This document shows positions 25,708 to 32,000 of a stretch of 32,000 nt of DNA, piece by piece (position 1 is the first letter of the stretch; every line of letters begins with the position of its first letter). The stretch spans positions 1,260,001 through 1,292,000 of the forward strand of contig NC_008818.1 of the NCBI RefSeq assembly GCF_000015145.1, read 5' to 3'. The DNA is from Hyperthermus butylicus DSM 5456 (GTDB lineage Archaea; Thermoproteota; Thermoprotei_A; Sulfolobales; Pyrodictiaceae). The notes below the pieces were generated by a model. That model was not told the DNA's origin and made no database searches. It saw nothing but the letters and a program-made list of their open reading frames with translations. The position numbers and the translations under genes are program-made.

Positions 25708-27330
25708 CTAAGTCATGGATGCAAGTACTTCCTCGGCAATCTTCTTTAAAATAGCTTGTTCTGCAGTACCACGCACAGCAATATAATATAGTTTCGATAC
25801 CTTACCTGGCTGGGGCCTTAGTAGCCTACCAAGCCTCTGTATAAATTGTCTCCTAGAAGAAGTACCGGAAAGTATCAGCCCTACATTTGCATCAGGGACA
25901 TCGATACCCTCATCGCCAACTGTGGTTAAAACTAATACCCTATACCTGCCACGCTTAAAGAGTTCAAAAGCTAGTGCTCTCCTAGCTTTGTCAGTCTTAC
26001 TAGTTATGACCGGTGCGCCTAGAATTTTGCCAACACGCTCAGCTTGCTCGATATACTGTGTAAAGACAAGTATCTTTGAGCCCTTAGCAAGCTCGCTATC
26101 TACAATCCTCTTTGCTTCAGCAAGCTTAGCTCTAGATAGTGCAACAAGTAGACGCATTTGACTAAGAAGTTGTAGGGCTTTTTTAGCCCTTTCATCGCCT
26201 GCAGATGCTGCTTTAACGAGTTCTTCGACCTTGCGGCCAGCCGAGAGTACCTTATACTCGTTCTTTAACTTCTCATACTTCTTCTTCTCGTCAGGCTCGA
26301 GGTTAACCAGCACCGGTATAACTTGGAATGATGCTACAAAACCCCTTTCTGCTAGCTCCTGCAAGCTCTTTTCATAGATTACCCCGCCTACAAGTCTAAA
26401 CAGTTCCTCGTGTCTCCCATCCTCACGGTAGGGTGTAGCAGATAATGCGAGACGGTACGGTGCAAGGATTTTTTCTGCTATAAGCTTAAACTTGTCGGCT
26501 GGTAGGTGGTGAGCCTCATCAACAACCAGAAGGCCAAACCTGTTATAGAGTAGGCCTATATGCTGGTAGGCGGACTGGTATGTCGTAACGGTTATTGCTG
26601 CAAGTCTCTTCTCGTCAGAATAGTATGCGCCAACCATCCCTAGTGGCAAAGCTAGAAACTTCCTAATCTTTTCCAGCCACTCACGAACCTGCTCCTTGGT
26701 ATAAACGACGATAAGTGTTGGAAGCTTCAACCTGGCAATTGCAGCTAACGCAACAATAGTCTTACCAGCACCTGTAGGTAACGCTATAACGCCACGATAG
26801 CTATTCTCAACCCAAGCTTCTAAAGCCTCAGCTTGATATTCTCTTAGTTTACCAACAAATTCTATTCTCAGTCTCTCCCTCGGTTCAAGAATCCCTGTTT
26901 TATCTTCAATTCTGAAGCCCTCGCTGCGAAGCCTATTGACAACATCGACAAGCCTATATGGCTTTACAACAAAGCCCTTATGCTTCCGCGAGTACCAGAC
27001 ACTACCATCAGACCTATACTCATGTAGAAAATCGGCAAGCATTCTCCGTGATCTAAGCACCACTATGCCTGGCTCAATAGCCTCGATGATGACGGTGTTA
27101 ATGTTTTTCTTAAATTCTTCTAGGATATTACGATCCCTATCTTCGAATACTGCTCCGAAGGAATCAAGGCTATTGAGGAAGTCGAGTAATTTATCGAGAT
27201 CAAGCCTTCCGGTAAGACTTAGCTCGAATATGCTACAGCCTCCGTTTCTACCAACATAATCTGCAAAGGAAACTATCTCGAGAAACTCTTCGCGGCTGAG
27301 CCACTTGCAGATCCGAAATCTTACCTTCAT
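25708..27330 (-). CDS. xpb: XPB/Rad25-type SF2 DNA helicase
   Basis: Motif I ALPTGAGKT, motif II VVDEAHHL, motif III LALSATP immediately followed by the XPB-specific RED motif (YREDG), motif V/VI TTVGDEGIDVP...QRLGRLLR, and an N-terminal damage-recognition-like domain. Confidence 0.85.
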   Translation of the reverse strand: MKVRFRICKWLSREEFLEIVSFADYVGRNGGCSIFELSLTGRLDLDKLLDFLNSLDSFGAVFEDRDRNILEEFKKNINTVIIEAIEPGIVVLRSRRMLADFLHEYRSDGSVWYSRKHKGFVVKPYRLVDVVNRLRSEGFRIEDKTGILEPRERLRIEFVGKLREYQAEALEAWVENSYRGVIALPTGAGKTIVALAAIARLKLPTLIVVYTKEQVREWLEKIRKFLALPLGMVGAYYSDEKRLAAITVTTYQSAYQHIGLLYNRFGLLVVDEAHHLPADKFKLIAEKILAPYRLALSATPYREDGRHEELFRLVGGVIYEKSLQELAERGFVASFQVIPVLVNLEPDEKKKYEKLKNEYKVLSAGRKVEELVKAASAGDERAKKALQLLSQMRLLVALSRAKLAEAKRIVDSELAKGSKILVFTQYIEQAERVGKILGAPVITSKTDKARRALAFELFKRGRYRVLVLTTVGDEGIDVPDANVGLILSGTSSRRQFIQRLGRLLRPQPGKVSKLYYIAVRGTAEQAILKKIAEEVLASMT

Positions 27331-27377
27331 ATCCGCACCCTGCGAATCAAGCTACAATCAGCATAATTGTATACTGT

Positions 27378-27854
27378 CTACGTCGTTATACCCCCATGTA
27401 ATACCCTATATACTATATGTGGGAGATCATAATAGTTCTCTACACAATAATACTGCAGCCCTCCTTTTAGCTTGTCACAATAATTACTCAGCATGTCAGC
27501 TGCATATCCTTCTTCGGAAACTACAACTAGGACTAAACTTCCATCACGATAAACATACTCTACATCATCTACTGGTATCTTTTCGAGGTATTCTCTACAT
27601 GGCTCATTAGTAGGGCAGGCTAAGACGTATTTAATATCAAGGATTTCTGGTAGGCTAAACTCAATACTTTCAATAGGTATTAAAAGGTGGAGAATTACTG
27701 CAACAATACAGTTTTTGCTAGCTGATACTACTAATACAATGTGTTCACAGTCATGTATAGAGGCATATGCAAGTAGTTCCAGTAGTTTATCATCATTAAC
27801 TAGCTTACGTATGGTTGCCTGCATATTTTGCTCCCAGCGTGGGTTCTTCATCAT
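27378..27854 (-). CDS. Hypothetical Cys/Tyr-rich protein (158 aa)
   Basis: Intact ORF 47 nt upstream of XPB on the same strand. It is noticeably more AT-rich than its neighbours. No recognised motif. Confidence 0.45.
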   Translation of the reverse strand: MMKNPRWEQNMQATIRKLVNDDKLLELLAYASIHDCEHIVLVVSASKNCIVAVILHLLIPIESIEFSLPEILDIKYVLACPTNEPCREYLEKIPVDDVEYVYRDGSLVLVVVSEEGYAADMLSNYCDKLKGGLQYYCVENYYDLPHIVYRVLHGGITT

Positions 27855-27917
27855 AACCGTATTCAGCTCTTAAAACCGCGGTCATCGCATGCATTGCCCA
27901 TCCAAGCTGTGCAGAGA

Positions 27918-28607
27918 TTAGAGAGTGTAGAGGCAGGTAAATTTGGCCTCCGATGCATTATCTGTGCCGTGTCTGCAGAGCGGAGCAACTACAAGTTTTA
28001 CCGAGATGAGGGAGGAGATAGCACTAACAAGCGCTTCTCGTGGAATTTGTATGAGGAAGGGGAGAATAACTAGAGCTTCGTGTCGTCGTAACCTTGGCCG
28101 TGGGAATTCCTGGAAGCATAGTGGCATGTGCAGGGTATTGCTAGCCTCAAGCACCACACAGTAATCTGCGCCTGGAGGCGTGAAAGGCGGATAATAGCCT
28201 ATTATTAGTCGCGCATGAAGTCTACGTGCTACAGTGTATCCAACCTCTACAATAGGCTCATTAAATGTTATAACTAAGTCGAGCCCAGTAATGCCTCTTT
28301 TCCGCTCCAGGACATGTATTGCACTTAAGGTAAGCCCGCAGATAAACCCTTTGTCCTCGGCAAGTCCAGCCAGGATCTTCTTCTCGACGAGTGTGGATAC
28401 GTACTTACGAATCCTGTTGGATTTCAAAAACACGTCAAGTATTCGCCATACAAGGTCCTCTGGTGGTGCATTCCTGGCGTTAGTGTATCGGCTCAAAAGC
28501 GATGGCGGAACTCCCAGTAGTTCGCTCAGCTCGTTGTTAGTGTAGAAGCGGCGTATAAACCATAATAGGCACGAGGCCATAGAGCGCTCATATATCGTAA
28601 GCTGCAC
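27918..28607 (-). CDS. HTH domain fused to a phosphoribosyltransferase-like domain (degenerate PRPP loop)
   Basis: N-terminal HTH ..NNELSELLGVPPSLLSRYTNARNAP.. The central region ..LDLVITFNEPIVEVGYTVARRLHARLIIGYY.. resembles a type I PRTase core. The usual acidic VDDV..TG loop is replaced by ALVILPFLIQIP. Assignment is tentative. Confidence 0.45.
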   Translation of the reverse strand: MQLTIYERSMASCLLWFIRRFYTNNELSELLGVPPSLLSRYTNARNAPPEDLVWRILDVFLKSNRIRKYVSTLVEKKILAGLAEDKGFICGLTLSAIHVLERKRGITGLDLVITFNEPIVEVGYTVARRLHARLIIGYYPPFTPPGADYCVVLEASNTLHMPLCFQEFPRPRLRRHEALVILPFLIQIPREALVSAISSLISVKLVVAPLCRHGTDNASEAKFTCLYTL

Positions 28608-28758
28608 GGCTAACCCACGCTCCAGCGGTGCACACAGGGCTGACGGAGAGGGTTAAGCTCCCTATCAACTAGCGTATAGTAGCTGCCTAGATACGTTATA
28701 TCCCCCGTGCCTAGCTACAGCAGAGCTGGAAGAAGGATTAGCAGGGGTTGAAGAAACG

Positions 28759-29652
28759 ATGAGTTCACAAAATGGCCAGCAGCGTAGTGTTCCGCCAGGA
28801 GTGCGGGCACGGATCGAAGCTATAAAGAAGATTAGGAAGCAGGAGGAAATGATCAAAGAGAGTATGAGAAAGGTAAAGTACAAAATAGCTGTATTGAGCG
28901 GTAAAGGTGGGGTAGGAAAATCATTTGTAACTGCTAGCCTAGCATTCGCCTTAGCGTATATGGGCAAACGTGTTGGAGTATTAGACGCTGATATTTACGG
29001 TCCATCAATCCCTAAGATGATGGGTGTCCCACCAGGCACTGTCTACGGGACAGAAGATGGCAGGCTGATACCACCAACAGCTCCTCTAGGAGTGAAAGTA
29101 TTATCGGTAGGCCTTATGCTTCCACAGGAGGACTTGCCAGTCATATGGCGTGGTCCCCTCTCCTCATCAGCTATACGTGAAATGCTTGCATACGCAGAGT
29201 GGGGGGAGCTGGACTACTTACTCATAGACTTACCACCAGGCACAGGCGATGAGCAGTTAACAATAATGCAGCTGATAAAGGATCTAACAGGTGTTCTAAT
29301 AGTAACGATACCCTCTGACGTCTCTGGAGTAATTGTTTCCAAGGCTGTAAATTTTGTTCGAAGGCTTGGAGCAAATATCATAGGCATAATTGAAAACATG
29401 AGCTACTTCCGTTGTCCTGATGGAAGCATACACTACATCTTTGGTGAGGGTGCGGGTAAGAAAGTTGCAGAGAAATACAACGTTAGGTTCCTGGGTGAGA
29501 TACCGATAGACCCGAGAATCTCACGTGCCAATGATGCTGGCGAACCATTCTTCCTAAAGTACCCTGACAGCGAGGCTTCCAAGGCATTCCTCAAGATAGC
29601 AGGCAATGTTGCCGAGATAGTTGAAGGAAAATCACAGAATAGCATGAGTTGA
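28759..29652 (+). CDS. Mrp/NBP35/ApbC-family iron-sulfur cluster carrier ATPase
   Basis: Deviant Walker A KIAVLSGKGGVGKSFVTASLA, then DADIYGPS, LLIDLPPGTGDE, and the Mrp-type Cys in the ENMSYFRCPDG motif. Confidence 0.85.
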   Translation: MSSQNGQQRSVPPGVRARIEAIKKIRKQEEMIKESMRKVKYKIAVLSGKGGVGKSFVTASLAFALAYMGKRVGVLDADIYGPSIPKMMGVPPGTVYGTEDGRLIPPTAPLGVKVLSVGLMLPQEDLPVIWRGPLSSSAIREMLAYAEWGELDYLLIDLPPGTGDEQLTIMQLIKDLTGVLIVTIPSDVSGVIVSKAVNFVRRLGANIIGIIENMSYFRCPDGSIHYIFGEGAGKKVAEKYNVRFLGEIPIDPRISRANDAGEPFFLKYPDSEASKAFLKIAGNVAEIVEGKSQNSMS

Positions 29653-29698
29653 TTTTACTCCAGAGAGCTAACAACCAAAATTTATATTATTTTTTATC

Positions 29699-30142
29699 AT
29701 GTTGCTGGATTACAAACTGGTGGGTCGAATGCGGTTCACCGAGATAGTGAAGGTAGACAGTAAGGGAAGAGTGACCATACCCCTAGTAGTACGTGAAGCC
29801 TTAAACGTCATTGAAGGTATGAACCTTATTCTGATAGCTGATACCGATAGGCGTGAGATAATTCTAACACCGCTACCCGGTGGCGGTGAGAACCTCTACG
29901 AACTCCGAATAGAGTTTAAGGATGTGCCTGGTGCTCTAGCGCGTATATCCTCAAAGCTTGCAGAGCTAGATGTCGACCAGGTAGCAACACAATGTACAAC
30001 TGTTAAGCGCGGCGAGAATGCAGAATGCATAATAATAATAGATTTGTCTAAGAGCACGCGAAGTATTGACGAGATAAAATCAGAGCTTTCAGCCATGGAG
30101 GATGTCCATTTTGTCCAGATAAAACAGCTGCAGCATAGATAG
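29699..30142 (+). CDS. AbrB/SpoVT-like DNA-binding domain fused to an ACT domain
   Basis: VKVDSKGRVTIPLVVREAL is the swapped-hairpin AbrB motif. The C-terminal LRIEFKDVPGALARISSKLAELDVD..ECIIIIDL is ACT-like. ATG 29729 (MRFTEI..) may be the true start, because a strong TATA-like TTTATATTATTTTTT ends right at 29698. Confidence 0.7.
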   Translation: MLLDYKLVGRMRFTEIVKVDSKGRVTIPLVVREALNVIEGMNLILIADTDRREIILTPLPGGGENLYELRIEFKDVPGALARISSKLAELDVDQVATQCTTVKRGENAECIIIIDLSKSTRSIDEIKSELSAMEDVHFVQIKQLQHR

Positions 30143-30311
30143 CGCTCAGTCGGTGGTATGGTCTTCATCGCGGCGGCTCAAGGCGGGTAGAGCTGCATCA
30201 CGGCGCCCATAAGTATAGTCTAAGTATGCGGGTTTTTAGCGCTACATTACTTCTTTTACCCTAACATGTTAAGAGGGATTCCAGAGCTGAGTAATAACCC
30301 TGGGGAGCTAT

Positions 30312-31073
30312 ATGGGGTTTAGAGCCGTCTACCCCGCAGCAACAAAGTTTAAGTATATAATCCAGACTATTGCAAAGGTTATGGATGAAATACCATTCAT
30401 TGTTGCGCAAGACGGTCTAGACGTAAGAACGCTAACACCTGACAAGACGACAATGATTATACTAAGGCTTCCCGTTACAGCCTTCGAAGAGTACCAGTTA
30501 GACGAGGATAAGAAGACATTCATAGTGCTAGCTGACGAGCTTAACAAGGTTGCTAAGCGTGGTACGCGAAATGATATTGTTGAGCTGAAGCTTGACGAGG
30601 AGCATCGTAGACTTGAGGTTAACTTCATAGATAAAAAGACTAATGTTGTACGTAGCTTCTATGTATCTCTTCGTGAGGGTACTGTTGAAGAGCTTGCTGA
30701 ACCGCAGGTGGAGCTAACGGTTACAGCGAAAATGATGGCTGACGACTTTAAGAATGTTATAAATGATGCAAAGATAGTAAGCGACGAAGTCGAGTTTGCG
30801 GCGTACGAGGATAGAATAGAAGTTTATGCTGAGTCGGCTCAGAAGAAGTATATGGGTGTACTCAAGGTTGGCATGCCACTTATAACGTTAAATGTTGAAG
30901 GCGGTACCCCGATACGTGCTAAGTACTCGATAGACTTGCTGAAAGCGGCTGTTAAGGCAACAACGGCTGCTAATACCGTAACACTGGAATATGGTGAGGC
31001 ATTGCCGATGAGACTAAGCTTTGACCTGCCCGGCGGCGGGCTGTTAATATACTGGATATCGCCCAGAGTCTAG
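30312..31073 (+). CDS. pcn: DNA polymerase sliding clamp PCNA
   Basis: 253 aa with a two-domain PCNA pattern: FRAVYPAATKFKYIIQTIAKVMDEIPFIVAQDGLDVRTLTPDKTTMIILRLP.. and the C-terminal ..YGEALPMRLSFDLPGGGLLIYWISPRV. Confidence 0.9.
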   Translation: MGFRAVYPAATKFKYIIQTIAKVMDEIPFIVAQDGLDVRTLTPDKTTMIILRLPVTAFEEYQLDEDKKTFIVLADELNKVAKRGTRNDIVELKLDEEHRRLEVNFIDKKTNVVRSFYVSLREGTVEELAEPQVELTVTAKMMADDFKNVINDAKIVSDEVEFAAYEDRIEVYAESAQKKYMGVLKVGMPLITLNVEGGTPIRAKYSIDLLKAAVKATTAANTVTLEYGEALPMRLSFDLPGGGLLIYWISPRV

Positions 31074-31426
31074 CCTCCCTCAAGCTTTCTCAGAAGTTCC
31101 TCTAAGGCCCTCCTAGCTTCCTCAAGCTTAGGCTGGGGCTTGGCTGCAGGCTGTACATGTCTAAGCGTGGGGAACCATGCAGGCCTAGGACATATGCTCC
31201 GCTCGGGGCATGCAAGGCAACAGTATGGACATATAATTCTCTCTGGATGTAGCCAGCACTGCCTGGTTGGGCGGTGTCTTCCACAGATGCTACAGCGCTC
31301 CCAGTAAATGCTCATGACTGGAAGCCCAGCCTTACACTTAACAATATAGGAACGATATAAAGGGTTGAGGACTAGCCTAGATTTACGGCTGACCGATGAG
31401 AGTGCAGTAATCGCGGCGGGGCACAA
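31070..31426 (-). CDS. Cys-rich putative zinc-binding protein
   Basis: CSICGRH..QCWLHPERIICPYCCLACPERSICP supplies 10 Cys in about 40 aa, followed by a helical tail. The start is TTG 31426 or ATG 31315. The stop overlaps the PCNA stop by 4 nt (convergent). Confidence 0.45.
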   Translation of the reverse strand: MCPAAITALSSVSRKSRLVLNPLYRSYIVKCKAGLPVMSIYWERCSICGRHRPTRQCWLHPERIICPYCCLACPERSICPRPAWFPTLRHVQPAAKPQPKLEEARRALEELLRKLEGG

Positions 31427-31529
31427 TACTCGAGGTAAGCCCCGTTTTGTAGGCTGCCTCGAGGGATGATGCCGTGGCCAAAAATTAAAGAGTTTAAGTC
31501 CAAGGAACTAGGAGCAACAGTTAGAATGG

Positions 31530-31922
31530 GTGACAGCTTTGGCGAAGGTTATAGTTGAAGTAGATATGGCCAAGTACAAGCACGTAGATCTCTCTGCGCA
31601 AACAGCCCTACAGCTATTGGAGAAAATAGAAGAAAGACTGGGCTATAAGACTCAAGATGTTGAGGAAGCTAAGAGATATATACGGAACTTCAAGGAATTC
31701 TATGAGTACATGCGTAAAAAGTTTAAGGATTATCTTGCGCCACCTCGCAGGCCTGACGACTATATTAGGGGTCGAGTTGTTGTGGACAAGATAAAGCTGT
31801 ACACAAGCGATAATGGCGAAGAACGTGTTGTAATAATATTTGATAGAAGAATTGATGTAGGTCTTATTGAGCAGGTACTCCGTGAGCTAGGGTTTGAGGT
31901 TGAGGTGGAACGTGCTTTTTGA
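31530..31922 (+). CDS. Hypothetical protein (130 aa)
   Basis: Intact ORF with K/E/Y-rich thermophile-like composition. An alternative start is ATG 31566 (MAKYKHV..). No recognised motif. Confidence 0.45.
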   Translation: MTALAKVIVEVDMAKYKHVDLSAQTALQLLEKIEERLGYKTQDVEEAKRYIRNFKEFYEYMRKKFKDYLAPPRRPDDYIRGRVVVDKIKLYTSDNGEERVVIIFDRRIDVGLIEQVLRELGFEVEVERAF

Positions 31923-31931
31923 GCTTCTAGT

Positions 31932-32000
31932 CTATGCCGAGTCATAGGTCGCTTTATCCTTCCATTGCGCTACTTTTTCCTTGCTCGGCGTCGCTTCTCG
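31932..32000 (-). CDS. C-terminal 22 codons of an unidentified gene entering from the right edge
   Basis: The minus-strand frame is open from the window edge (..REATPSKEKVAQWKDKATYDSA) to TAG at 31932-31934. It is too short to identify. Confidence 0.25.
   Translation of the reverse strand, partial: REATPSKEKVAQWKDKATYDSA

Noticed and set aside
30142-30206. Minus-strand C/D-like RNA (GCGC-C-GTGATGC ... GCGATGA ... CTGA-GCGC)
   Set aside because: The terminal GCGC/GCGC stem and the box order are attractive. However, the C'-to-D spacing is 15 nt, D' is CTTG, the C box ends in C, and no TATA-like element sits about 27 nt upstream. That is not enough to call a gene.
1-32000. CRISPR arrays, IS elements/transposases, and rRNA genes
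   Set aside because: Reading through the window, I saw no regularly spaced direct repeats, no terminal inverted repeats flanking a transposase-like ORF, and no rRNA-like conserved stretches.

Overview
This is a dense 32-kb chromosomal window that looks like it comes from a hyperthermophilic crenarchaeon. Supporting signs are a PolB1/Dpo1-type family B polymerase, Hjc, XPB, PCNA, a geranylgeranyl lipid reductase, E/K/V/I-rich proteins, and TATA-like boxes about 25-27 nt upstream of several start codons (leaderless-type mRNAs). I call about 40 protein genes and one tRNA-Arg(GCG). I found no rRNA, CRISPR array, transposase or recognisable integrase. The core content is replication and repair: PolB1, a PIN-domain ATPase overlapping hjc, XPB and PCNA. 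Housekeeping genes include a glyA fragment, GGR, Hsp20, ZPR1, a TatD-like hydrolase, a MoxR-VWA pair, MarC and Mrp/ApbC. Five things deserve a second look. (1) The copper P-type ATPase gene copA is broken by at least four frame changes plus an in-frame TAG, while every other long ORF is intact. (2) Just downstream lies a 54-codon TRASH/YHS copper-chaperone ORF that the ORF track misses; its first metal-binding Cys lies upstream of the only ATG, and no canonical start codon is available. (3) This decayed cop locus abuts an AT-rich 0.5-kb spacer and the 3' end of tRNA-Arg, next to a block of unknown genes that includes a natural His8-tract protein. (4) Intergenic regions at 6.8-7.0 kb, 10.4-10.5 kb and 24.56-24.62 kb contain C/D box sRNA candidates, three with a TATA-like box at the right distance, and about 250 bp at 10.5-10.76 kb stays unexplained. 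(5) XPB has no Bax1 neighbour and sits in a co-directional array with three uncharacterised proteins. All functional calls rest on motif recognition by eye; no database search was run.
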